The position numbers were made by a program, and so were the translations under genes. From Helicobacteraceae bacterium (GTDB lineage: Bacteria > Campylobacterota > Campylobacteria > Campylobacterales > Helicobacteraceae), in the NCBI GenBank assembly GCA_900770765.1, contig CAAGLK010000025.1:2388-66387 (forward strand): a DNA stretch of 64,000 bases. Direction: 5' to 3'. Of this stretch, positions 1-9,146 are shown piece by piece. The notes beneath the pieces are model-generated. The model worked only from the letters and a program-made list of their open reading frames with translations, was not told the origin of the DNA and did not search any database. Within the stretch, counting starts at the first letter, position 1. Each line of letters opens with the position of its first letter.

Positions 1-473
1 AAAATATAAAATTGATAAAAATCGGTGATAATTATAAATTTTAAGTCAAAATTGCCACTTTTTCGCTCTTTATAATAATAATAAATGCTTTGTGCTAGGG
101 CCTTTGTGTTTGTTATTCCATTATAATAAAACATCTCAGCACTTCCTGGCTTTTTAGCCTCTATTATTACCTCTACATTTTCGCCGCATAGACTTAAATC
201 AATGGCGTTATTTGCCTTATCTAGTGGCTTTTTTATGCTTGTTTTAAAGCCTAGTTGTTTAAAAAACTCTGCTAAATATTCTGCGACAAGGGAATCCTCT
301 CCTTTTAGCTTGTGATTTTTATCAATATCATTTAAATAAGATTCTAAAGCGTTTTTAAAAGTTTCTAAGTTTGAAAAGTCTTTATATTCTAAATATAGTG
401 GATTTAAGAATTCTTTAATATTATTACTATCAATGGAGTATTTTTGAAAATAAAGTTGTGATTGTGCCTTCAT
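1..473 (-). CDS. Partial hypothetical protein. Only the N-terminal ~157 aa are visible; the gene continues past the left edge. Contains a PD-(D/E)xK-like motif (IDLSL...VEVIIEAKK).
   Basis: Reverse-strand ATG at 473..471 opens a frame that runs to position 1 without a stop. The translation reads MKAQSQLYFQKYSIDSNNIKEFLNPLYLEYKDF...IDLSLCGENVEVIIEAKKPG... It is absent from the ORF track because it is open-ended. Confidence 0.4.
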   Translation of the reverse strand, partial: MKAQSQLYFQKYSIDSNNIKEFLNPLYLEYKDFSNLETFKNALESYLNDIDKNHKLKGEDSLVAEYLAEFFKQLGFKTSIKKPLDKANNAIDLSLCGENVEVIIEAKKPGSAEMFYYNGITNTKALAQSIYYYYKERKSGNFDLKFIIITDFYQFYI

Positions 474-557
474 AGTTTTGCCTTTTGAGATTTGGGCGGA
501 TTTTACGCAAATTTTGCTAAAATTGCGAAATTTTTGCTTAAATTTCAAGGAGATTCT

Positions 558-2330
558 ATGCGAAGCGATATGATTAAAAAGGGTTACAAAAGAGCGCCAC
601 ATAGGAGTTTATTAAGGGCTACAGGGCTAAAGGATGAGGACTTTGATAAGCCCTTTATCGGCGTGGCAAATAGCTATATTGACATAATCCCCGGGCATTT
701 TTTCTTAAATAAATATGCTGAGATTGTCAAAGATGAGATTAGAAAGGCTGGGGGTGTGCCTTTTGAGTTTAACACTATCGGCGTAGATGATGGGATTGCT
801 ATGGGGCATAGTGGTATGCTCTACTCCTTGCCTAGCCGCGAGCTTATAGCTGACTGCATAGAATCTGTGATGAACGCACATTGTTTGGACGCAATGATAT
901 GCCTGCCAAACTGCGATAAAATCGTCCCGGGTATGCTTATGGGTGCGCTGCGTGTAAATGTGCCTGCGATTTTTGTAAGTGGCGGACCTATGAGGGCTGG
1001 GAAGTTAGAAGATGGAAGCATTTTAGACTTAAACTCTGCCTTTGAAGCCGTAGGAGCTTTTGAATCTGGCAAGATAGATGAGGAGCGATTGCATAAGATA
1101 GAGTGCGAAGCCTGCCCTAGCGGAGGAAGCTGTAGCGGGATGTTTACCGCGAATTCTATGAACACACTGTGTGAGGCTATGGGCGTGGCATTATCTGGTA
1201 ATGGCACGATTCTAGCCCTAACGCCTGAAAGAGAGGAACTCTTAAGAGCGGCGGCGAGGAGGATTGTGGAGATTGCTAAAAGTGAGGAGTTGAGCGAAAA
1301 GTTTAGATTCCGTAATATTTTGAATAAAAAGGCGGTGCATAATGCCTTTGTCGTGGATATGGCGATGGGCGGGAGCACAAATACGATTTTGCATATGCTA
1401 GCAATTGCTAAAGAAGCCGAAGTGGAGTTTGACCTAAAGGATATAAATAAAATCGCCCAAAATGTCGCGCATATCGCCAAAATCGCCCCGGCGTTGAGTT
1501 CTATACATATGGAGGACATAAACCGCGCGGGGGGTGTTAATGCGGTAATGAATGAGATTGCTAAAAGGCATTCAGTATTGAGCGATAAATCGGCGATTCT
1601 ACACTCGCCAACGAAAGCCAATGCGGATTCTGTAGAATCTAACCCCCAAGAGACAACGCTCTATTTAGACGCACTCACAATCACGGGCGAGACGCTAGGG
1701 GATAGAATCAAAGGGGCGGAAATTTTAGATTCTAATGTTATTAGAAAAAATGAAAACGCCTATTCACAAGCGGGCGGCTTGAAAATCCTCTATGGCAATT
1801 TAGCAAAAGAAGGCGCGGTGCTGAAAGTCGCCGCAGTGGCAGAATCTATGAAGGAATTTAGCGGCAAGGCGGTGTGCTTTAATAGCCAAGATGAAGCCAT
1901 AGCTGGAATCGCTGGAGGCAAGGTCAAGGCTGGAAGCGTGGTGGTTATCCGCTATGAGGGACCGCGTGGAGGTCCCGGAATGCAAGAAATGCTAAGCCCA
2001 ACCTCGCTCATTATGGGAATGGGCTTAGGGGAGAGCGTGGCGTTAATCACCGATGGGCGATTTAGCGGGGCAACTCGCGGGGCGTGTATCGGGCATATAA
2101 GCCCAGAGGCGGCTGAGGGCGGACTAATCGCGCTTATTGAAGATGGCGATACGATAGAGATTTCTGTCTCGCGTGGGAGCTTGGAGCTAAAGGTGGAAGC
2201 GCAGATTCTAGAATCTAGAAAGGCAAAATGGCAGCCGATAAAAAAAGAGATAAAAAGCAAATGGCTCAAACGCTACTCGCTTTTAGTTAGTAACGCCGCA
2301 AATGGCGCGGTGCTAAAGACGGAGATGTAG
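558..2330 (+). CDS. ilvD: Dihydroxy-acid dehydratase
   Basis: ORF 492..2330. IlvD-like N-terminus starts at [23 protein letters not shown], preceded by an AAGGAG RBS. The CPNCDK... and Cys-cluster regions are typical of IlvD/EDD family dehydratases. Confidence 0.9.
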   Translation: MRSDMIKKGYKRAPHRSLLRATGLKDEDFDKPFIGVANSYIDIIPGHFFLNKYAEIVKDEIRKAGGVPFEFNTIGVDDGIAMGHSGMLYSLPSRELIADCIESVMNAHCLDAMICLPNCDKIVPGMLMGALRVNVPAIFVSGGPMRAGKLEDGSILDLNSAFEAVGAFESGKIDEERLHKIECEACPSGGSCSGMFTANSMNTLCEAMGVALSGNGTILALTPEREELLRAAARRIVEIAKSEELSEKFRFRNILNKKAVHNAFVVDMAMGGSTNTILHMLAIAKEAEVEFDLKDINKIAQNVAHIAKIAPALSSIHMEDINRAGGVNAVMNEIAKRHSVLSDKSAILHSPTKANADSVESNPQETTLYLDALTITGETLGDRIKGAEILDSNVIRKNENAYSQAGGLKILYGNLAKEGAVLKVAAVAESMKEFSGKAVCFNSQDEAIAGIAGGKVKAGSVVVIRYEGPRGGPGMQEMLSPTSLIMGMGLGESVALITDGRFSGATRGACIGHISPEAAEGGLIALIEDGDTIEISVSRGSLELKVEAQILESRKAKWQPIKKEIKSKWLKRYSLLVSNAANGAVLKTEM

Positions 2331-2346
2331 GGGTGGGCTTTAAATA

Positions 2347-3402
2347 ATGAGAGTTTGTGATATTTTTTGCGGAGCGGGTGGGCTTAGCTTTGGCTTTGCA
2401 AAAGATAGGGCTTTTGAGCTTGTTTTTGCGCTTGACAATGATAAGAGTGCGACACTAAGCTATCAGGCAAATCACCCTAATACTAAGCTAATTTGCAAAG
2501 ATATAAATGAGCTTACCAATGCTGAGTTAAAAGAATTTGGCGTAATTGATATTTTGCTAGGTGGTCCTCCTTGTCAAAGCTACTCTACACTTGGCAAAAG
2601 GCAGATGGATGAAAGGGCGAATTTATTTAAAGAATATTTGCGAGTGTTAGAATCTTTCCAACCAAAAGCCTTTATCTTTGAAAATGTAGTTGGGCTTTTA
2701 TCTATGCAAAAGGGTGAGCTTTTTTCTTATATTTGTAAAAATTTTGAGAAACTAGGCTATAGAATCTATCATCAAGTGCTAAATGCAGCAGATTTTGGTG
2801 TGCCTCAAATTAGACAGAGAGTTATTATTGTGGGTATTAGGCAAGGTTTTAGTAAAAACTTTATGTTTCCACAGGCTACACATAAGGAATTTATCACGCT
2901 AGAGCAAGCATTGAATGATTTGCCACCTATTAAAAGTGGTGAAAATGGCAATCATTTAGGATATAAATATGAGCCTTGCAATGAATTTTTGCATTTTGTT
3001 AGGAAAAGTGAAATTTTAAGCGAGCATGAGAGTCCAAAAAATAATGAGAATCTAATTAAAATTATGCAACTTCTAAAAGATGGGCAGAGCAAGGATGATT
3101 TGCCCTTATGTGTGCGACCAAAATCAGGCTACACAAACACTTATGCCAAAATGTGGTGGCAAAGACCAGCCCCTACAATTACGCGAAACTTCGCCACCCC
3201 AAGCAGCTCAAGATGTATCCACCCTAGAGATTCTAGAGCCTTAAGTATAAGAGAGGGGGCGAGACTGCAGAGCTTCCCAGATGATTATGTATTTTGTGGT
3301 AATGCAAGTGATAAAAAGCTCCAAATAGGAAACGCCGTGCCACCGCTTGTAAGTATGGCTTTAGCTAAGGCAGTGAGAGATTATTTTAAAGGTATGATAT
3401 GA
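2347..3402 (+). CDS. DNA (cytosine-5)-methyltransferase (type II m5C MTase)
   Basis: Motif I FCGAGG, motif IV GGPPCQSYS, motif VI ENV, motif VIII QIRQR, motif X GNAVPPLV. TRD-like region with TYAKMWW...RCIHP. Confidence 0.9.
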   Translation: MRVCDIFCGAGGLSFGFAKDRAFELVFALDNDKSATLSYQANHPNTKLICKDINELTNAELKEFGVIDILLGGPPCQSYSTLGKRQMDERANLFKEYLRVLESFQPKAFIFENVVGLLSMQKGELFSYICKNFEKLGYRIYHQVLNAADFGVPQIRQRVIIVGIRQGFSKNFMFPQATHKEFITLEQALNDLPPIKSGENGNHLGYKYEPCNEFLHFVRKSEILSEHESPKNNENLIKIMQLLKDGQSKDDLPLCVRPKSGYTNTYAKMWWQRPAPTITRNFATPSSSRCIHPRDSRALSIREGARLQSFPDDYVFCGNASDKKLQIGNAVPPLVSMALAKAVRDYFKGMI

Positions 3403-4031
3403 AAGAGATTGAAGCAACAAATCTATATGGAAAAGGACACGAACAGCAAAAGAAAAGACCATATCTAGCAATTTATGAGGACGCAAATTATTTTCTTGCA
3501 TTTCCAAAAACAACAAAAAGCAAAGGGGGCAAAGAGTATCCATCTCACAAGAATTTAATACTCGATAATAAAATAGAAATAATGATAGATCAGCTATCAA
3601 TTATTCCAAGAATAAACACCAGCATAAAAGATTTGAGCGGTTGGCAAATTAAACTACAACAATTAAGTTGTGATAGCACCGACAAAAAAATAGTTTTTGA
3701 ACATTTTTGTAAATTTGTGATTATGCAAGATAAAGAAGCCTCGCAAACATGTCAAGTTCGGTTTGGAGATATTATAGAGTTAAAACACTCTAACCCTTTA
3801 TTAACCAACAAACAGCACTTTATTGTTTTGTCTAGTGGCATATTTCATCAATCAAGAATGTGCTGCATAGCTCCATACAATCAAGAAAGTGGCAATATAG
3901 ATTATGCTTTATTGCATTGTATAGACTATGAAGCAAGGAAAATAACAAAAATTGACAATAAGAAATGCCTCAAAAAAGATGAAATTATCAATGAAATAAA
4001 AATATTATTCTTGGGAAATCAAAATGTTTAG
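3399..4031 (+). CDS. Hypothetical protein, 210 aa, translationally coupled to the upstream m5C MTase. Candidate restriction/defense component.
   Basis: ATGA overlap with the MTase stop and long intact ORF. No recognisable family motif. Locally depleted of GAATC/GATTC relative to surrounding genes. Confidence 0.5.
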   Translation: MKEIEATNLYGKGHEQQKKRPYLAIYEDANYFLAFPKTTKSKGGKEYPSHKNLILDNKIEIMIDQLSIIPRINTSIKDLSGWQIKLQQLSCDSTDKKIVFEHFCKFVIMQDKEASQTCQVRFGDIIELKHSNPLLTNKQHFIVLSSGIFHQSRMCCIAPYNQESGNIDYALLHCIDYEARKITKIDNKKCLKKDEIINEIKILFLGNQNV

Positions 4032-4761
4032 CGCAGATGATTTTAAGCAATATCGCAATGCTTTAGGCTTTAGTTCAAAACAAAATTTTAAAGAATTTTT
4101 AAGCGCAAAGGACATAAAGCCAGAAATTGACTTTACATATATAGATTCCTTAAATAAGCGGCTTTGCGAGATTTTTGAGCGCATAAATAAAATCTATTAT
4201 AAATCTTGCGATATAGAATCTTTTTTGCAAAATACGCTTTTTAATGCGTTTAATTTAATGAAAAATAATGCGATCTTAGAAAAGCTAAATAATCAAGGCA
4301 GACGCAAAGAAGAGGTGTATTTTGGCTGGATGCGCGGATTTTTAATTTGTGAATATTTTAAAGAGGCTATTTGTGATATTTTTAGCATTGATTTATCGCA
4401 GATTTTGCACATTGGAGGGGATGATTTTTCTTCGCTAGATACTTTTAAAAGAACACCTAAAGCAGATTTGCAAATACAAAACATAAGAATAGAAATGCAA
4501 AGTGGGTTTCAAGGGATTAATGATATTAAAGAGCATAAAGTGCGTGAGGCAAAACGCAATTTTTTAGAGCAAAAAATCAAAACTTTAGTGATACATTTTG
4601 ATATTTTTAATGGGCAGGTGGCTTTTGTGGATATTTCAAATATCGCAGATGATGATTTACATTGGATTACAAGGCAGCAAATGGAGGGACAAAGTGTGTT
4701 TAATATAGAGCAAAATTATTTTAAATGGAAATTACAAGTTAAGCCACCTTGTTTTGCATAA
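4024..4761 (+). CDS. Hypothetical protein, 245 aa, translationally coupled to the previous ORF (8-nt overlap)
   Basis: Intact ORF overlapping the previous stop. No recognisable motifs. GAATC/GATTC-poor. Confidence 0.5.
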   Translation: MFSADDFKQYRNALGFSSKQNFKEFLSAKDIKPEIDFTYIDSLNKRLCEIFERINKIYYKSCDIESFLQNTLFNAFNLMKNNAILEKLNNQGRRKEEVYFGWMRGFLICEYFKEAICDIFSIDLSQILHIGGDDFSSLDTFKRTPKADLQIQNIRIEMQSGFQGINDIKEHKVREAKRNFLEQKIKTLVIHFDIFNGQVAFVDISNIADDDLHWITRQQMEGQSVFNIEQNYFKWKLQVKPPCFA

Positions 4762-4820
4762 TATAGTTAAATAATGTTGATTTAAACATAGCTATTAGAA
4801 ATTTAGATTTAAGGATTTTA

Positions 4821-6047
4821 GTGGATTTTACGCAAAATAAAAAATATAAATTTGGTATTTTATTGGCGGCTACTAGTGATAGTATTTTTACACTTGGGAC
4901 TATGATTGCAAATATTTATGCGATTATGGGGGAGTGTGTGGATGTGTTTTATATAGTTAGCGATAAGATTCTACCTAGTGATAAAGTTGCTTTACAAAAA
5001 GTGGCAAGAGATATTGAAATAAAGTTTATACCATTTACAAAAGAAATTTTTGAAAATAATTTTATAGAGTTTGCAAATGCAAATAAAGAGGAATTAAGAG
5101 AGTTTTTAAAAGCACAAAATGCGTTTTTACGCCGCTGGTCTTATATGGTTTATGCTTGTTTTGAAGCGTTTAAATATTTAGGGGAGTGTGAGAGGATTTT
5201 ATATTTAGATTTTGATATTTTGCTGCTTCGCACATTATCGCATTTAAGTAGAGTAAAAGAGGGCTTTGCACTGCATAAAGGGCGGACGAAAATCTCGCAT
5301 AATGCGCCGCTTTATGAAGGTGAGTTTAGAAAATATCCTGTTTATAGAAGTGGCATAATTTTATTTACACAAGCGCTTGCTAATCCGCTAGAATCTTTAA
5401 AAAGCTGTTATAAAAATAGCTTTAAATATAAGATGATAAGCGACCAAGTGGCAATTTCCCTTTTAATCTATGAAAATAAAATAAAAGTAAAAAATTTATC
5501 ATATAAATACACAGGGCTTCCGCATTTTAGAAGCAATGATAATCCTTATTTAATCCATGCTTATGGTAGTAATAATAGATTTTGGAATAATAGGCTTTGT
5601 AATAGGCTTTTCCCTAGCTGGAATCTTTATTATAAAGAGTGGTTGGAATCCGGCGGAAGTGCTTATAAGGGCGGCTTTGTAGCAAATACTACAAACTCTT
5701 ATGAACGCTTTAGATACCATTTAAGCTATAAATTAGGCTATGCGATTGTTAAAAATCATACTTTTCCTAAGGCTTTAAAGCTGTTATTTTTACTGCCTTA
5801 TATCACGCTTAAGCATAAAATACAGATTCTAAGATATAAAAATTTAATAAAGAAAAAGCCCTTTTTAAAACTGCCGCCTCTAGTAACTTATGATGACTAT
5901 AATCGTGGAATCTTAGAAAAAAATAGTATATCTTATAGGCTTGGAAGTGCGCTGCTAGAAGTCTTTAAAGGTGGTAATATTTTTAGTAATTTTATGCGAT
6001 TTTGTAGGCAAAGCAAGGCTATTTATAAAAATAAGCTAGAATCCTAA
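4821..6047 (+). CDS. Putative glycosyltransferase (GT8-like; DxD-type motif YLDFDILL)
   Basis: 408-aa ORF. YLDFDIL and SDQVAISLL resemble GT8 DxD and DQD regions. The C-terminal half is unassigned. Confidence 0.45.
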   Translation: MDFTQNKKYKFGILLAATSDSIFTLGTMIANIYAIMGECVDVFYIVSDKILPSDKVALQKVARDIEIKFIPFTKEIFENNFIEFANANKEELREFLKAQNAFLRRWSYMVYACFEAFKYLGECERILYLDFDILLLRTLSHLSRVKEGFALHKGRTKISHNAPLYEGEFRKYPVYRSGIILFTQALANPLESLKSCYKNSFKYKMISDQVAISLLIYENKIKVKNLSYKYTGLPHFRSNDNPYLIHAYGSNNRFWNNRLCNRLFPSWNLYYKEWLESGGSAYKGGFVANTTNSYERFRYHLSYKLGYAIVKNHTFPKALKLLFLLPYITLKHKIQILRYKNLIKKKPFLKLPPLVTYDDYNRGILEKNSISYRLGSALLEVFKGGNIFSNFMRFCRQSKAIYKNKLES

Positions 6048-6811
6048 AACTGCTCGTATAGCAATTTTGCTGCCATTATAAATGAGATTCCAACTACAAG
6101 TGGCTTTATGATTTTTTTACCATAGCTAATAGCTGCTCTTGCACCAAGATTTGCCCCTATAAATTGCCCAACTGCCATAAGTAGCCCAATGCTAAAAAGT
6201 ATATGCCCACCAAGTGCGAAAAATACTAAAGAGGCAAGGTTTGTAGAAAAGTTATATAGCTTTGCTTGCCCTAAACTTTGCGTTAAATTAAATGCTCCAA
6301 AGAGAAGTAAGCTAAGCATAAAAAATGAGCCAGTGCCAGGCCCAAAGAATCCATCATAAAATGAAATAGCGGCTAAAGATAAGGTTAGGGCGGCTAGATT
6401 GCGTCTTTTTTCTTGTAAATCTTGTGTTATTTTAGGTGCAAATAAAAAATAGATTCCAAATATTAAAATTAAAAATGGCAAGAATTTATTTAAAAGAGAA
6501 TTATCTACAAACTGCACTAAAATCGTCCCAAGCGATGAAAATATAAAAGCTAAAATAGCATAAGGTGCGGCGGCTTTTAGCGGAATATAGCCTTTTTTGT
6601 AAAATTGATAAGTGGCTGAGAAGCTACCAAAAGAGCTTTGAAGTTTATTTGTCGCTAGTGCTTCAATAGGTGGGATTCCACTTAATAAAAGCGCTGGGAT
6701 TGTAATCATCCCCCCACCGCCTGCAATTGCATCTATAAAGCCAGCTACAAATGCCGCAAACACTAAAAAAAGTAAAATATTAAAATCTAAGTTTAAAAAA
6801 ATATCTTGCAA
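6044..6811 (-). CDS. TSUP (TauE/SafE, DUF81) family membrane transporter
   Basis: 255 aa, multi-pass hydrophobic, internal duplication with GGGxxxxP-type motifs (AGGGGMITIPALL; LGGHILF). Confidence 0.75.
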   Translation of the reverse strand: MQDIFLNLDFNILLFLVFAAFVAGFIDAIAGGGGMITIPALLLSGIPPIEALATNKLQSSFGSFSATYQFYKKGYIPLKAAAPYAILAFIFSSLGTILVQFVDNSLLNKFLPFLILIFGIYFLFAPKITQDLQEKRRNLAALTLSLAAISFYDGFFGPGTGSFFMLSLLLFGAFNLTQSLGQAKLYNFSTNLASLVFFALGGHILFSIGLLMAVGQFIGANLGARAAISYGKKIIKPLVVGISFIMAAKLLYEQF

Positions 6812-6844
6812 AATATGCCTTTTTTAGAAAAATTTAAAAATATT

Positions 6845-7234
6845 TTATAAAACATCGCATAAGGATTCGCCGTTGTGAAGTTTTGCACTTTTTGTATGCT
6901 GACACTCTAAAATGTTATTTTTTAACACAAAATGCACCATACTTCCATAAATATTTGCAGAGATTCCATTTTTTGCTTTATCAAAGTGGCAGTTTTGCGT
7001 CTTAAAATCTAGTGGTGCATAAAGAGCGTCCCAGTTTATGCTGCCTTGTTGTTTTTGCTCTTTTAGATTCAGTCTTAATTGCAGCATTTGTAGCTGTATT
7101 TTTTTCATACAAGTATTTTTTGAATATCCGCTAAATTTTGGAATCGCAATGCTTAGTAAGATTCCACTAAGTAAAATTACTAAAACAAGCTCAAAAAGCG
7201 TAAAAGCCGCCTTTTTAGAGTGTTTAAAAAACAA
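6845..7234 (-). CDS. Prepilin-type N-terminal cleavage/methylation domain protein (pseudopilin-like)
   Basis: N-terminus KKAAFTLFELVLVILLSGILLSIAIP is a class III signal with a conserved Glu at +5 after the predicted cleavage site. Confidence 0.6.
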   Translation of the reverse strand: MFFKHSKKAAFTLFELVLVILLSGILLSIAIPKFSGYSKNTCMKKIQLQMLQLRLNLKEQKQQGSINWDALYAPLDFKTQNCHFDKAKNGISANIYGSMVHFVLKNNILECQHTKSAKLHNGESLCDVL

Positions 7235-7694
7235 TAGAATTGCTCAATAGTGGAATCTTTAAGGATTGATTTAGCCCTATTTGATGCACTAGTTTTTCAC
7301 ATATTGCACCATTTGCATTTGCTGCTGCTTGTGTGCTTAACTCTAAAAATTGCACTGCATCTGGCGTGGTGGCTTGTGTATTATTTGCCCCTATTAGTTT
7401 TGCACTAATGCAAGGAAGCTGGCTAGAATCCTTAATTTTACTTGAAATTGCATATTCGCCTATGTCCCAATTTGCACTACTTAGGGTTATTGCACTTATA
7501 AAAGTGCCGCTGCCTTGTGCTAGAAAATACGCTGGAAAGGAAGTTTTAAGCGTGTTTATATCCGCCTTTAATGCGACTAGCTTTGCATCATCTCTACTTG
7601 CAGAAATTTTTGGGATAGCAACAGCGGCTAGGATTCCTAAAATTACTAAAATAAAAACAAGCTCAAGCATTGTAAAAGCACTTTTCTTACGCAT
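7224..7694 (-). CDS. Prepilin-type N-terminal cleavage/methylation domain protein (pseudopilin-like)
   Basis: MRKKSAFTMLELVFILVILGILAAVAIPK. The start was moved to the internal Met of ORF 7224..7718. Confidence 0.6.
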   Translation of the reverse strand: MRKKSAFTMLELVFILVILGILAAVAIPKISASRDDAKLVALKADINTLKTSFPAYFLAQGSGTFISAITLSSANWDIGEYAISSKIKDSSQLPCISAKLIGANNTQATTPDAVQFLELSTQAAANANGAICEKLVHQIGLNQSLKIPLLSNSIVF

Positions 7695-7744
7695 TTTAAT
7701 CCTTAAAATAAAAGGCAAAATTGTAGCATTTTAAGCTAAGTTTT

Positions 7745-8407
7745 TTAAACAATTTTACTTAAAGCATAAATTACTGCGGTTTCACTGCGTAAAATATTGC
7801 AATTTGACGCACTAAATTTAATTTGATTTTTTAAAATTTCTCTTTCTTTTTCGCTAAAGCCGCCTTCTGCACCAATTAGAAGTGGAATCTCTAAAGTTTC
7901 TTTTAAAGATTCCGAATTAAAGTCCATTACGGCTAAATTTGGGTAATTTTGTAACACAGATTCTAAGTTTGGTAGAATCTCTAGCTCCATTTTTGTAATT
8001 CTGCCGCATTGCATACAAGAATTTTCTAGGATTCTAGCTAAGCGTTCAAAATCTAATTTAAAATTTTTTTGTGAAAAAGAAGCGTAAAAAAATGTTAGTT
8101 TTTTTGCATTTAATTCATTTAAAAAAGGAAGTGTTTTTTCTATAACTTTAGGTTCTATTAATGCCCATATTATGTGTGCTGTGGGTGGGTTTAAAAGTGG
8201 TGTAGATTCTATGCTTTGCAGAGTTAGAATCGCCTCTTTTTTACTTAAATTTGATATTTTATAAGTGTAGGCGTTTAAGTCGTATAAGTTTCGTAAAATT
8301 AGGGATTCTTGCCTTTTTGTGCGTCTTGAGCGAAAAATATGTGTATAAAGCTCTCCGCTTATTGTAAGTGTGGGATTCTTTGCGTCTTTGTGAAAAATAA
8401 ATTGCAT
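7745..8407 (-). CDS. rsmE: 16S rRNA (uracil1498-N3)-methyltransferase RsmE (SPOUT)
   Basis: C-terminal LIGAEGGFSEKEREIL matches the RsmE GPEGG motif. Start placed at MQFIFHKD (8407), which overlaps the upstream stop by one base (TAATG coupling). Confidence 0.65.
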   Translation of the reverse strand: MQFIFHKDAKNPTLTISGELYTHIFRSRRTKRQESLILRNLYDLNAYTYKISNLSKKEAILTLQSIESTPLLNPPTAHIIWALIEPKVIEKTLPFLNELNAKKLTFFYASFSQKNFKLDFERLARILENSCMQCGRITKMELEILPNLESVLQNYPNLAVMDFNSESLKETLEIPLLIGAEGGFSEKEREILKNQIKFSASNCNILRSETAVIYALSKIV

Positions 8408-8800
8408 TATAAAAAAGCTACAAAAAGTGCTAAAAAAGCACAAAAATCAAAAGCATTTTTCAAAAATGCAAATTTAAAAAACGCCACTCTTTTAGCGGAA
8501 TCCGCCTCTATTTTTGCTAGTTTTTGCCTTTTGTGGCGGATAATTTCTAGGATAAAAACAATTAGCCACACAATAAGCATTACTAGAATCTTAAAATTAA
8601 AAATAAAGCCAAGCATAGCCCAAATTACGAGTCCGCTAAATAAAGAAGCACTCAATAGCGTATAATAGCCTGGTGCGACAAGTGCTAGAGTGCGGAGCTT
8701 TTTTGTATGTGTGGTAGAAAAACTAAGTGAATAAAGATTTAAAAGTGGTGGCAAAAATAGGGGGGCTGATAATAAAATATGGATAAAAATAAGTTCAATT
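8407..8800 (-). CDS. Small hydrophobic membrane protein (hypothetical). The 5' end is uncertain.
   Basis: ORF 8407..8868 has multiple predicted TM helices, and its stop overlaps the rsmE start. The annotated 5' end would overlap the tRNA, so the true start is probably internal. Confidence 0.4.
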
Positions 8801-8841
8801 CCTACAAATTCCAATGTGTTTTCTTTATATAAATTTAAAAT

Positions 8842-8918
<77 letters not shown>

Positions 8919-8953
8919 ATAAATATTAAAAAATGTAAATGAAGTTTTGAAAG

Positions 8954-9028
8954 TGGCTGGGGTACAAGGATTCGAACCTCGGAATGGCTGGACCAAAACC
9001 AGCTGCCTTACCGCTTGGCGATACCCCA
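8954..9028 (-). tRNA. tRNA-Gln (anticodon UUG)
   Basis: Reverse complement reads TGGGGTATCGCCAAGCGGTAAGGCAGCTGGTTTTGGTCCAGCC...GGTTCGAATCCTTGTACCCCAGCCA, matching the canonical tRNA-Gln acceptor and T-arm, with a TTG anticodon. Confidence 0.85.
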
Positions 9029-9092
9029 ATAATTTAAAAAGCGGAATTCTACCTTTATTTATTTTATTTGTCAATAATTTTTAAATAAAAGT

Positions 9093-9102
9093 TTCTTTAA
9101 AT
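9093..9102 (+). promoter_or_regulatory. Extended -10 element (TGATATAAT) upstream of ribBA
   Basis: tTGaTATAAT lies ~45 nt upstream of the ATG at 9147. An AAGGTT RBS precedes the start. Confidence 0.4.
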
Positions 9103-9146
9103 TTGATATAATTTTAAAAAATAATGAAAATTTAAGGTTATAAACA

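Noticed and set aside
821-2269. Antisense ORFs 821..1621, 1800..1985 and 1952..2269 nested inside ilvD
   Set aside because: They lie fully inside a strongly supported conserved gene on the opposite strand, have low-complexity Ser/Ala/Leu-rich translations and carry no motifs. They are typical shadow ORFs.
8339-8665. Plus-strand ORF overlapping rsmE and the small membrane protein gene
   Set aside because: It lies antisense to two coupled genes, has a Lys-rich low-complexity translation and no start context.
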